Shown in pieces: positions 36,761-50,390 of a stretch of 64,000 nt of DNA; position 1 is the stretch's first letter, and the number at the start of each line of letters is the position of its first letter. Both the position numbers and the translations under genes were made by a program. Origin of the DNA: Lingula anatina (Eukaryota; Animalia; Brachiopoda); contig JBPQGU010000016.1 of assembly GCA_051362555.1 (NCBI GenBank), positions 1,674,001-1,738,000 on the forward strand, read 5' to 3'. The notes beneath the pieces are model-generated. The model saw only the letters and a program-made list of their open reading frames with translations. It had not been told where the DNA came from and did not search any database.

Positions 36761-38646
36761 TTTAGGACCTGTGACACTGCCCAAATAAAGCGGACTTCAA
36801 AATACAGTATTAAGTTAATATGCAAGGGTCAGGTGGCATTAGGCCAGCTGATAAAATTTATTTTTCTCTTAACCTCGCAAAAGAACCCCTTTTTTTTCAT
36901 TTCATCTTTTGGAATATTATTTGAAAAAAAAAGTGGACTCTTGTGTTTAATGAGTACGGATTTTATATCTGATAATGAAGAAAAATATCTAGAGTACAAG
37001 TACACCAACCATTTTATGACATATGGCCTGCACATCATATTGATAACGTTTGGCACGTACACCGAGTATGCTTACTGCTAGATCTATACACATGCGACCT
37101 CTGTATGCAGTTATAAACGTACCTTCAGTCCAAGGAATTTCAGTTTCATTCGTGTGTACCCGCGGACTTAGAGAGTAAAACGTGGTTATCAATTCATACA
37201 AGAGTGGAGGGTAATTTTACGAAAAAAATCTTAAAATAAAAGTTTCCAAAACCTTTCTAGCCAAATATGAATATGCTAATATCCGGACAGTATCTGACGA
37301 GGCTGTTGCTCTATGATGCCGAGTGGGTGTTGAGATCGGTAGCCAGCTGCGGAAAAATTGTGTTGGTTTTGTTCCTTTTCTAGGTGGACCTTACTCCAAA
37401 CTTTGCAATTTTACCATTGAGTTGCTTTTGGTCATAACAGGACCACTGGCATATTTGTAGGGACTGACTTGGTTGGTTTGCAGTCCTCACTTGGGCTCAC
37501 CTTCCTTTCCTATGATAGTAATTGCCAAGGACACAAGACAGTGATCGTCTCTTTAACTCCTATTAGTGGGGGGGACCAGGATAGATTACTTAAGAATATA
37601 TTTTGCTGTTTATAGGAATGTTTACGCCGGTTGGAGGAGGGAGATACGACCGGTTTTATCCTGCCTATGACATTTCAAACAGTTTCATTTTTATGTTTGT
37701 TAAAGATAAAAATCATAAAAGCAGTTACACAAAAGAAATTAATTATTTTATTTTAAATTAAAATTAATGAAAATAACAGTCAAAAAGAAATTATATACAT
37801 TTAAAAGCCTGTTTCGTTCTGAAACAGAACCTTCGTATATTGTTGAACCTGCATAAAATTAAGAGTGCTGAAGATATTTTATTATCTATCTATCCATCTA
37901 TTTATGAGCTCTAGTAGAAAACAGTAATAAATGAGATTACGTTAATCAATTGAGAAGTTAAAAAAAGCATAAATTTGGATTTGGATTTTTTTTTTCTTTT
38001 CAGAATAATCAACAAATTTTTATTTTCAATAAGATGTGTTTATTTCAAAGTAAAGTTGAAAAGGACTTCCAAATACATTGTACTAGTCGCTCAGTGGTTT
38101 TAGTACACCGAGGTTCATGAAACAGTTGTGTAGCAGATGGGACAAAGTATTAAATCAAAGCGTGCGTAATCCAGGGTGCAACTGAAAATAACTTGGTCGC
38201 GCGAATGGAATTGGGTCTTTTTTCTCTTTGGAATGATAACCAAAATAACTTATAATTTAAAAAAGCTGCTTTTATATCAATGTAAAGCTGAAAAGGACTA
38301 CCGAATATATAGCACTAGTCTCTCGGGTGGTTTTAGTACACTTAGGTTTATGAAACAGCTGTGTAGCAGATAGGACAAATTATTAAATCAAAGAAATAGT
38401 GAAGAAAACGAGGAAACTTTGTCGATTTACTGAATACAGATTGATCGTTTCAGTAGCATAAGCTGTACATTTATTTTTCTCTGATGCTTTCTTGGTACAC
38501 CATTTTATTTTACATGGCATTCATAGTCTAATAAGAAATGACGGTAGTATTTCAACTGACTAGTCAGAAGCTTTGTGTTATACTCGTAGCTGCCTCGCTA
38601 TGGCGTACAGTAAGGGTGGCTAATAGCTGGCGATGCTCACTGCTGA

Positions 38647-39112
38647 TTATTTCTTGGTGACCTGCTCTCGGAGTTGACAAGCTGAAACAGAATTCGAATT
38701 GATATTTCAAAATAAGCACGTGTATGGCTATCTATATAAATGAAAAGTGCATAGACCGAATATCGTGTAACGCACAAAACCTATCGGAGAAGCGACGTGC
38801 CATGGCTGAAATGTTGGTAAATATTATATATATTATCATGTAATTACTTCCTAGAAAAAGGCCTATATAACTTTCAGTTAAACAATTGATTACGTAACAT
38901 TTCAAGAAAAAAAACCGCACGGTCATGATAATAATAATAATAATAATAAGATTTAGAAGGTATGAAAGAAAGAAAGAAAATATAAAAAAGTAAGTAAATA
39001 GCAAAGAACGTCTGGGCTTAATGCTGCTGGTAGCTGCAGCTGCAACGCAAGTCAGGTCGTGGTCACTCCTCCTGAGCGCTACTGCTAATAACGTTATGCT
39101 ACAAGGGGGGAA

Positions 39113-39162
<50 letters not shown>

Positions 39163-39973
39163 TGGAACCAAAACTATTTACCTAACTCGTGTACACTGAA
39201 ACGGAACCCTTCAAACGTTTTACACAGTCGTTGGGCAATGGTCTTCATTCCGGAGTAAACGTAAATCGGATCCAGTCCAACACGGCGACTCCAAAGCTGA
39301 ATGCCGTCTCTCTGACACCTTCCTTGCTTATCCTCGCCATAACACATGAGTACCAGCAAATAGTTGGTGTAGTCCGTGTCGATGATTTTGAAATGGTTGT
39401 TGCCTGCAAAGGAAAGAGAAACTGGTATGAAGTTTGAAATACGGCTTAGAGAAATCTCCAAAATATATCAAACTACCAAAAACGTTCTCATCATTTTTAA
39501 AGACAGATTATCTCGTGTTTTTTTTTTTTCTTTTAACTTGTCATTTAGAATTTAACTTTGGCCTTTAGACGGTATTCTAATCCATTGCTTCTGATATGCT
39601 TTTCTAATATTGTGATCGTAGGCAACCTCGGATTTTTTTATTGCATCTGTTTGGGATGGATTGCTAGTGGAGCGCTCCAATGTCAAAATGTCAGAGTCAC
39701 CTTTCATAGATAAGTAGTCTTAGGTCTCATTTTCAATGAAACTGCCGTTTATACGTAGATTGATCCAACTTCCTGGCGACTTTCGAAGAATGCAAACAGA
39801 TTGACAGATTAACACCTGCTCCTAGCGTTGAGTAGAATACACAAATAGTTGGTTGTTACATGATTACTTTGGATCAGTGAGAGTCCACCCCTAGTTTGAT
39901 CCACGTATTACGATAATTTTATAGGAAATAAGTCCTTTGTAATTCCTGATAACTACGTAAAATAAAATTATTA

Positions 39974-40004
<31 letters not shown>

Positions 40005-42062
40005 TATTCGTAGAAACAAATGACACATAGTAGGGAATAAAATAAAGAAAAAAGAGGGGAAAAAGAAAAAAAAATATAGTTATTTTGTCAATGAATGAAG
40101 AATAGCTCACTCTCTGATGGACCAAAGGAGAAGTCCCCTGGATTCCCTGTAGGAACTAGGCTTGAAACCTCGCTGATGTCTATGCATTCTTGTCCGTCTT
40201 TCCTATGATAAAAGTAAAGACGTACATGTATTATAACAGGGATATTCTATGCTACATGTTCAAAACGGCTTTATTTCTAAACTGTTCTCATTATTATTTT
40301 TATCATTATTATGTTTGTTTGTTGTTGTTGTTGCTGTTGTTATATTGATGCTTTCTCTTAGAATGTAAACGATGTGTTTCACCTGTACACGTGCCTGTTC
40401 TTTAATGCTGTATAATATAATATAATATAATATAATATAATATAATATAATATAATATAATATATATTATTGTTAGGAAAATACACGAGAGCTTTAATAG
40501 AATGAAATAGGGAGGATGGGAACATTTCATTTGATGGCAGTAAATGACCCAGAGGTAATTTATTCATTGTAGAGTAACTTCAACACAGGTGTTGCAATGA
40601 AATTTTATGTCTTTGCATTAATTATTGACTGGTGTTCCCCATAGTTATTCGTTAAACACACATAAACACACGTATAAAATACCAGTAACTCTATTTCAAC
40701 GTGGGGAAATATATTGGAGAAGACGCGGCATATCGTTGCCCTTATTATTGTATACTAACAGTGGGGACACATCACTCCGCTATGCCAAATATGCTGTTTC
40801 GCTTAAATGATAAGGCTGTAGTGTGTGTTTTCTTTATAAATTTTACTGATTTACTGTACGTACGGCAACCCTTTGATAGGAAAGGAAAATGCCCCATTTT
40901 TGCCGGCGGTAACGTTGGCAGTGTATTCTGTTAAAACACGGTCATCCGGTACCATGGGGTTCCGTCGCCATAGGAAACTATACCAAATGCCTCTAAGCTA
41001 GAAATGAAATACAAACAATGAGAGATCCATCCCTTCGTCTACTCCTATCATTTGCAAACACGTGAAATATGTAGAAAATAAAATGGCAATAGCTGTTTTG
41101 TAGCAAACTTGTCACAGAATATTCATGAGGGAAAAAGCTACATACACTGGACATTAGAAGTATCACCCCCTGAATCAGAATAATCAGGTTATAATGACTG
41201 GTCTACTTATAATGCAACTAATGAGTATAAAACCGCTGTACCATGGAATTATATTGTTGGTGTTTTTGTGAAATTTGATGTAAGTAAATGATACCAAGAG
41301 CATATCATTTCACAGTCATTTAATTCCCCCAAAGTATTGGTTCAGTAGGGGTTACACTTCTATTGTCCAGTGTGTGTAGATGGCCGATAGTACATGGCAA
41401 TATCCCTCGTGAGTAAATATATTTTTTTATGTTTGTGACAAAAGAGATTTTGATCTCTAACTTAAAAATAGGTTTCGCATTCCACGCAAATGTACCGGCA
41501 GCCTCTATCAGCTTCAATATAAATGTTGGCAAATGACACAACGATACTCAAACTTCAAACCTAGGGCAGCAACCCCTGACTACCGCTGTTAACAAAAGGT
41601 GGCGATTATTAAAACATATATTTTGATCAAAATGAATATTTGGACCATGCCAATTTACAAATTATGTCAGCTACATTGTACACATATGGTTCTAGGACGA
41701 TTGGTAAACATTGTGAGTTTATAAACCGATAACATTTATTCCTTCCTCCAGCGTTAAAAAAAAAATTCAGCTATAAAGCTGACATATTAACAGACGCGCA
41801 CTGTGCACTTCCCCTTAAACAGTCACAGATGCCGACGAGCAAATTATTATATGTCCCTCTATATAAAGAGGTTTGCACTTACCTTCGTTACATCCAATTT
41901 TCGGAATACGGATGTTCTCGGTCTCAAATACCATCGTCCTGTGGGCCTATTTCGTCCCATGATCAAGGGAGTTGTATCTGGGATACATATTCTATAATAT
42001 CCTAATCCCCCTACTAGAGCAAATATCAGCGCAAAGATAATTGCACGTAGCAAGACAGCCAT
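38647..42062 (-). CDS. Secreted lipocalin, RBP4/purpurin-like (copy 2, 220 aa)
   Basis: Exons 42062-41883, 40997-40864, 40202-40111, 39403-39182 and 38681-38647. Exon sizes are identical to copy 1 (180/134/92/222/35) and the frame is open. Confidence 0.9.
41141..41376 (+). mobile_element. Internally deleted (MITE) derivative of the Tc1 family at 15771-17156
   Basis: Same TIRs (catacactggacattagaagtatcacccc / ggggttacacttctattgtccagtgtgtg) with TA flanks. Interior matches both non-coding ends of the full element. Absent at the homologous site of copy 1 (~35750). Confidence 0.85.
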
Positions 42063-42838
42063 GGTAGGACCCGTGACACTGCCCAAATAGAGCGAGGTTA
42101 AAAAATGTTAATGTGCAACGGTCAGGTGGCATTAGGCCAACCGATAAATGCTAGGTGTGTGTTCGACTTCTTTCTCTCTTAGCCTTGCAGAAAGAATGAC
42201 ATTTTGCATTTCATCTTTTGGAATATATATTGAGAAAATCAATTGTGCTTTTGTGTTTAATGGAAACGGAAACGGATTTGTATCTCGTGGTTATGAAGAA
42301 AACTATCTATGTGACCTCCAAGTAAACCAACATTTAATGGCACATGGCCCGCACATCAAAATAGTAACGTTTGGCACGTACACCGAGTATAAATACTGCT
42401 ACTGCTAGATCTACTCACATGCGACCTCTGTATGCAGTTATTAACGTGCCTTCAGTCCAACGATTTTTCAGTTTCGTACGTGTGTACTTAGAGTAAAAAG
42501 TGGGTATTAATTTATGCAAGAGTAGAGAGTGATTTTACGAAAAAAATCTAAAAAAAAAATAGTTTCCAAAACCTAGCCAAATCTCGATATGCTTATATCC
42601 GGGCAGTATCAGACAAAGTTGTTGCTCTTTGACGCCTAGTGGGTGCTGAGATAGGTAGCCAGCTGCGGAAAAAAATTGTGTTGGTTTCGTCCCAATTTTA
42701 GGTGAACATAACCCCAACGTGTTCAATTTTACCATTTAGTTGCTTTTGGGTGCTGCTGGACACAACAGGTCCACTATTCCTTATACAGGTATATTGTTGA
42801 ACCTGCATAAAATTAAGATTAAATTGCTTGGTATATTT

Positions 42839-42870
<32 letters not shown>

Positions 42871-43387
42871 CGAGCTCTAGAAAAAAAACAGTTATTATTT
42901 CTGAGGTAACGTAAATTAATTGAAAAGTAAAAAGTGCACAAAAAATGGATTTGGGTCTTTTTTTCTCTGTAGAAAGATAACCAAAATAAGTTATAATTTC
43001 AATAAGCTGATTTTTATTTCAAAGTAAAGCTGAAAAGGACTTCCGAATATATAGCACTAGTCTCTCGGTAGTTTTAGTACACCTAGGTTTATGAAACAGC
43101 TGTGTAGCAGATAGGACAAAGTATTAAATCAAAGAAAGAGTGAAGAAAACGAGGTAACTTTGTCGGTTTACTGAAAAATTGATCGTTTTTGTAGCATAAG
43201 GTGTACACTCCTCTTTCTCTGATTTTTTCTTGGTACACCTATTTAATTCATACAATGGCATTTATAGTCTAATAAGAAATAACGCTAGTTTTCCAACTGA
43301 CTTGGCAGAAGCTTTGTGTTTTCCTCGAAGATGCCTCGCTGTAGCGTACAGAAAGGGTGGATAATAGCCGGTGAAGCTCATTGCAGA

Positions 43388-46300
43388 TCATTTCTTGGTT
43401 ACCTGCTCTCGGAGGTTACAAGCTGAAACAGAATTCGAATTGATATTTCAAAATGAACGAATGTTTGGCTTTATCTTTATAAATGAAATGCGCATAGGTT
43501 AAATATCATGTAACGCACATAACCTTTCGGAGAAGCAACGTACCATGGCTAAAATGTTAGTAAATATTATAATATTATAATATTATAATATTAGCATGTA
43601 ATTATTAGCGTGGGCCCTACTGCCGATAACGTTAAACTACGGCGGGGAAAATAGTATACATGCCTAAACCCAAAAATATTCACCTAACTTGTGTACACTA
43701 AAACGGAACCCTTCAAACGTTTTACACAGTCGTTGGGCAATGGTCTTCATTCCTGAGTATACGTAAATCGGGTCCAGGCCCACGCGGCGGCTCCAAAGCT
43801 GAATGGCGTCTCTCTGACACCTTCCTTGCTTATCCTCCCCGTAACACCTGAGTACCAACAAATAGTTGGTGTAGTCCGTGTCGATGATCTTGAAATGGTT
43901 GTTGCCTGCAAATGAATGTTACCCAAGTATAGAGTCTGGAATGCGACTTAGCAAAATCTCCAAATTGTATCGACCGATTAAAAAGCTGTTGTACCATTTT
44001 AAGAAATATTATTTTGGTTATTTTATTTTAATTTGTTATGTTGAACATAACTTAAGCCTTGAGACAATATTCTTATCCACTGTGTCTCTTATGTTGTGAC
44101 CAAAAGCAACCTAGGAATGGTTTTTTGCATCTATGTGGGATGGATAGCTAGTGTAATGCTCCAATACCAATATCCCAAATTTATCTGTCATTGTTAAAAA
44201 ATCTTAAGGCTCATTCCCATTGAAATATTCGTTCTACGTTATACGTAGATTGATTCAACTGCGCGGGAGCTCTCATTGCATGTAAACGGATTGAGGGATT
44301 GACACACTTGCTCTGGGCGTTGAGCAGAATACACAGAAAGCTGCTGATTTTATGGGTGTTGGCAGCATCAGGAGGCGTGTTAATCTATCTGATTGCATTC
44401 AGCGAGAGTTCAAGCCCAGTTTGATCTACGTAGAAAGGATAGGGGAGAGCGGGGCTAGGTGACCCAATTATACACTTTTGGCCTTCTAGAGCCAACTGGG
44501 AATGAATTAGAGCAACAAAACCGGTTTAAACTAAATTACGTATGCAACGTACGTCATTATTTTTAGATATAATGCCAGATGGGTCACAATCTGACAAAAA
44601 ACGTAATTGACTTCAGTTGGCACCTTATACGAAAATGCAGTGAGTATCCCATGTAAACGACAATGATTTTATTAAGTTGATTTTTGAGTCTTTGATGAAT
44701 AAGTAGTTCAAATGAGGCAGACATGAGGCAGTGTATATTGAGGTTTCTGTACGTAACGTTGTATGTGTTGGAAGAACCAAAATATTTATTAATTAAACTT
44801 GTTTTGTTTTAATTGAAAATAAACTAATAACGCTTTAAAACAGTTTTTAATGAATGAAAAACGAATAATAAATTTTGGTTTTTAAAGAAACTCACAGATT
44901 CAGTCTTAAACTGGTAATAACTTAACAAACCATTGAATTTGTTTTAACAATGGTCTGTAGCTGTGTTGCGCGCAAAGGACTGTGGGCTATATGAGGGTCC
45001 AAGTTGCCCCGAGTCCAGGGAGCCAACTATAGCCCCGGGTGCACATTTTGGTTTTAAAGGTTTGCAGCAATTGTGGTGCTAGAATGAACATGGATTGAAC
45101 CTTACTGTGAAATTGAAACGATGAGCTTCAGTTTGATGCCCTATACATATATTATATTCGATCAAAAGCCTATAAAAATAAATTTTAATATTTCTTTAAT
45201 ACGGTTACTTTAAGATGCAGAATTCTTTCATTTGGACTCAGCGCCTTAATGAAACTATTAAACGAAACTTTGATACGGTCACTTTAATTTACAAAATGAT
45301 GTGATCATTGTTTTTTATCCCATGGTTACTTTTTCAGAAAATGATGCCTGGCCAACTTACCCAGGGGTTCAACTAGCGCCGGTCTCCCCTAACTTTACTG
45401 GTAATGACCCTTTAATAAATCCTGTTAACAACGCAAATTTAAATTACCTAAAAACGCGATTTTTTAAACAAATGTCAGAAGCAAATGACCCATAGTATGA
45501 AAAAAATAAGGAACAAAGTTATTTTACTTGATGATTAAAGAATAACTCACTCTCTGATGGACCAAAGGAGAAGTCCCCTGGATTCCCTGTAGGAACTAGG
45601 CTTGAAGCCTCGTTGATGTCTGTGCACTTTTGTCCGTCTTTCCTAAGATGAAAGTAATATGCAGATATTTTATTTGTAAAAGGGATATTTTATGATACAT
45701 GTTCAATGCGGCTTTTTTTTCCTAAAACCCCCGCCTACAAAACGACTATAACCATTTCAAATCTAACAACCGTGAAAAGGAAATCATTTGGTGTCATTTT
45801 TACTGTTATTATTATTGGTGTTGTTGCTGTGTTGCTTTTGTTGCCTTTTCTTAAAGTATAAGCGGTATGTTTCACCTGTATACCGGTGTACTTGTCTGTT
45901 CTTTAATGCTGTAGAAAAGGGCATCTGCAGTGTCATTTAAACATATAATATAATATAATATAATATAATATAATATAATATAATATAATATAATATAATA
46001 TAATATAATATAATATCAGCTTGGGGTAGTTTTATTATTCATTTATTAACTGGTATGTAGCCGCTCCTTGGTTCATGCATAACATTTGAGCCTAACATGC
46101 GTCTTCTTTATAAGGAAAATACTTGGAAGCTTTTTTATTCTGAAATAAAATGGAATCGGGAGGATTGAAACCCTTTTCATTTGATGGCAGTAAATGACCC
46201 AGAGATAAATTATTCATTGTAGAGTAACTTCAACACAGGTGTTGCAATAAAATTTTATGTTTTTTGCATTAATTATTGCCTGGTGTTCTCCATAGTTATT

Positions 46301-48153
46301 CGTTTAACACACATAAAAACGCTCATAAAATACCAGTAACTCTATTTCAACGTGGGGGAATATATATTGGAGAAGACGCGGCATACTGTTGCCCTCATTA
46401 CTGTATACTAACAGTGGGAACACTCCTTTATACCAAATATGCTGTAAAACCATGTGATATGCTACATTTGTTTCGCTAAATTGATAAGGTTGCAGTATGT
46501 ATCCCATTTATATAATTAACTGAATTACAGTACGTACGGCAACGCTCTGATAAAAAAGGATAATGCTCCATCTTTGCCGGCGGTGACGTAGGCGGTGTAT
46601 TCTGATAAAACACGGTCATCCGGCACCTGGGGGTTCCGTCTCCATAAGAAACTATACCAGATGCCCGTAAGCTAGAAATAAATGCAAACGATGTAAGGTC
46701 CTTCTCCTTGTCTATTCCTATCATTTGCAAACAGGTGAATAAAAAATGGCAATAGCTCTCTTGTCACACATATGTCTTAGTCACATCGCAATATCTCATG
46801 AGTAAATATAGTTCGGAAAAAGAGATTTTGATCTCTAGATCTAACCTAAAAAATTGCATATCACGCGAAAAAAACGGACCATTTCACAACCATCAACGGG
46901 CGATTTACAGTATAATTACTCAGTCATTTCATTGGGCAAAATTGTTAATTTTCAAGATACTGTATTTTAAGACAATTTTTTCCAATTAAAACATTCCTTT
47001 TGAGTGGAAGCAACAAATGAGAAAAACAGACTACTCTATATTCTACTTTATACAGTAAAAGCAACAAACATGTTAAATACCAATATTATTGTTTGTAATG
47101 AAATGATGTATCTTTAAGTTTAATCATTTTTGCAAACTAAAATATCGAGATATTACCGTATGCCTGCACATTTGAAATTAATTGGTGTATGTGGGAGATA
47201 TTATTAGCCTATGTACACTTTTGAACTTTCTACGTACAATGGATGCCTTATAAACATTATAGATGATGCTAATCTCAGACTTAGATCTTGAAACTGATGG
47301 CAGGGTAAACACTAAAAAAAAAAACCTTACTCCTTTTCAGTTTACGTTTGTGCTAGGTAACGATTTAACAATTTAAGCCCACTACAAAGTGGACGTATGT
47401 GCCGTTAGCCTTTATCTGCTTAAACATAATACTGTAGCTGGCAAATGATACGGACTCAAACTGTAAACCAAATCCTTTGACTTCCGCCGTAAAATCAAGG
47501 TGACAATTATTAAACCATATACCAGTATCATGGTCAAAATGAATATTCGGACTTTCAATATTCAATTTTTTACCTGCTACATTGTACATGTTGGATTTTA
47601 AGACGTTGAGAAAACCGTGTGAGTTTGTAACCAGTAACATTTATTCCTTGTAATTGCAGCATCCCCCCCCAAACAGTCTCGGATGATGCCGATGTAAATG
47701 GCCCTCTATATATGGCAGACCTATATGGAAGGAAGTCCACGTACTCCTTTAATGGTCTCTCCGCCTCTCACACATCTCCCCACACGTCGTCCCTGCAGGG
47801 GCACAGTAATTAAATATCGGCTCAATTCAACCGGTCGATGGACGACGAGTGGGGAGCCGTGTGAGAGACGGAGAGACTACCCGCAAGAAAACGCAGTAGA
47901 TACTCCAGCGCAGTAGACTACTGCAATCATGCTGCAAACCGCAGTTGACTACTGCAAACATACTGCAAACATGCTTCAAATCTGCTTCGATTTGGGAGCT
48001 AATTAGCATATTTGAAACATGCTTCTATCATGCTGCTAATCTACTGCATTAATGCTCCTCTCTGTACAAACCTATGTACTTTTTGGAGCAGAATTGCAGT
48101 AGGCTATGCTGCATTTCTACTGCAAATATGCTCCACAGCACTACTGCGTTAAT

Positions 48154-48191
<38 letters not shown>

Positions 48192-48458
48192 ACTTCTATA
48201 CTACTGCATTTTCGTGCGGGTATTGCAGGATTAAGTCTTCCTTTCATGTAGGTCCGCCATATTTAGGTCGTGGCCTAGCTAGCACTCGGCTACTCTCATT
48301 CTGAATGGCCTCATACATGCACTTACCTTAGTTACATCCAGATTTCGGAATCCCTTAATCAAGGGAGTTGTATCTGGAATACATATTCTAGGATATCCCA
48401 ATCCCCCTACGACAGCAACTATCAGCGCAAAGAAAATGGCGCGTACCAAGACAGCCAT
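43388..48458 (-). CDS. Secreted lipocalin, RBP4/purpurin-like (copy 3, 204 aa)
   Basis: Exons 48458-48327, 46671-46538, 45642-45551, 43905-43684 and 43422-43388; open frame. Exon 1 is 48 nt shorter than in copies 1 and 2. Confidence 0.9.
44442..45389. mobile_element. pogo/Fot1-like non-autonomous DNA transposon
   Basis: TA|ggggagagcggggctaggtg ... caactagcgccggtctcccc|TA. Empty sites occur in the homologous introns of copies 1 and 2 (~34965, ~39913). Confidence 0.8.
45945..46016 (+). repeat. (TAATA)n pentanucleotide microsatellite; homologous tract at ~40411-40465
   Basis: Direct inspection; lies in intron 2 of both copies 2 and 3. Confidence 0.85.
47880..48220. mobile_element. CACTA/EnSpm-like non-autonomous element
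   Basis: TA|cccgcaagaaaacgcagtag ... ctactgcattttcgtgcggg|TA with repeated (c)tactgca subterminal motifs; appears nested in an older Harbinger-like MITE. Confidence 0.65.
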
Positions 48459-48980
48459 TCTAGGACCTGTGACTCTGTCCAAATAGAGCGAGGTTCAAAA
48501 TACTTAGTTAATGTGCAAGATTCAACTGGCATTAGGCCAGCCTATACAAATTACGTGTGTGTCTAGCTTATTTCTCTCTTAGCCTCACAAAAGAATACCA
48601 ATTTTGCATTTATCTTTTGGAATATGATTTGAGGAAAAAACTGGGCTATTGTGTTCAATGAATACATATTTCGTTTTGTGATAATGAAGAAAAATAGCTA
48701 TGTGACCTCCATGTAAACCAACATATTATGAAATATGGCCTGTACATCATATTAATAATGTTAATCATGTACACCGAGGATTATGTGCTTAGCTGCTACG
48801 CAACTTCAGTCCAATGACTTTTATGGTTTATACGTGTGTATCCTCTGGCGTAAAGTACAATCTGAGCATCAATTCATACTACCGGTAGAGTCGAGCGTGA
48901 AGTTTACAGAACCTTTACTCTTTTTTAAAAGATATTTTCGTCTGTTAGTTTCAGAAGTACGGGCACGGGTATATTAATAT

Positions 48981-49031
<51 letters not shown>

Positions 49032-49864
49032 CCTGGGAGTGTTAACGTGGGTTGGAGGAGAAAAATCCGACCGGTTGTCGCCTTCCTGGGATATTTCAGA
49101 TATTTATTTAGATGTTTATAAGTATCACCATTTATGTTCGTTAAACATAAAAATTATATAGGCATTTAAACAAAAGAAATTAATGAAATATTTAAATGAA
49201 TAAAAATAACTATAACAATAATATATATATCCTTTATAAAACCTGTATAGTTCTGAAACAGGATCTTTGTATACTGTTGAAACCGTACAAAATTAAGAGT
49301 GCTGGGGGTATTCTATTATCTTTCTATCCATCTGTCAACGAATCACACAAGTAAGAAATGGTCATTTCTAAATCAATTAAAGATAAAAAACTTTAACAAT
49401 GTCAAAACATGAAATTGCGTATTTTTTTTCTTCTTAGAATAAAAAGAAAAATAAAATATATTTGCCATAAGCTGTGTTTATTTTAAAGCTTAAAAGGTTT
49501 CTGAATATAATATTATAGAAAACCAGCACTAGTCACCAGGTGATTTTAGTTCACCCAGGTTCATGGGAGAAGTTGACTAGCAGATAGGACATAGTATTTA
49601 AAAAGCGAGAAAAAAAAAAAAAAAAAAAAAAAAACGAGTGAACGCGCTTGTCTCACTGCATGTGTTGGTCGCTTTTGCAACACAAAGGGTACATCCATCT
49701 TTCTCTGGATTTCCTTGGTGCTTAAAGGCATTCAAAGTCTAATAAGGAGAAAATTGCTAGTAATTAAACTGGATGTGCAGATGCTTTACATTATGTTCGA
49801 AGTTGCCTCGCTATGGCATATGATTGGATAATAGCATGCAACTGCCTGCGAGGCTCACTGCGAA

Positions 49865-50345
49865 TTATCCACCTCCCATGCGAGTTTCTTCCTCTCGAAG
49901 GTGGCAGGCTGAAACAGAAATATTAATAAACGTTTTAAAAAGAGCGTATACTCAGGACAGCGTGTATCATTGAGCGTCATCGGGACCAGAATTACATTAG
50001 CTAACTGTGTCATTACCAACAATACTTCAGGCAATATCGAAGCTACAATGCAAGCACATACTTGGTAAATTCCAATTACAGCCAAGAATACAGATGACTT
50101 TCTGTTCAAATATCAAGGCACAGACACGAATACATGCAATTAATGAAAGGAATTCCCGTAATGATAATAATGATAATTAGAAAAGCACTGACTGATAATG
50201 GACCATTAGTTGACTAATGTATCATCACCAAAGTCTTAATGCTCATTTCTTATCTGTCCTTAAAATTTCATCAAAATTCATCCACAGCTTTTTGAGTTAG
50301 TATGATGAATAATGGACTGACAAAAGGAGTTGAAACCATGAACTC

Positions 50346-50390
<45 letters not shown>

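Noticed and set aside
37120-37350. Candidate extra upstream coding exons of the lipocalins (MKLKFLGLK|gt and an acceptor-flanked block)
   Set aside because: The ATG, donor and frame are not conserved in copies 2 and 3. At most these are 5' UTR exons.
47365-47640. 91-aa ORF in intron 1 of lipocalin copy 3
   Set aside because: Homologous intron sequence in copies 1 and 2 has indels and stops, so it is not conserved as coding.
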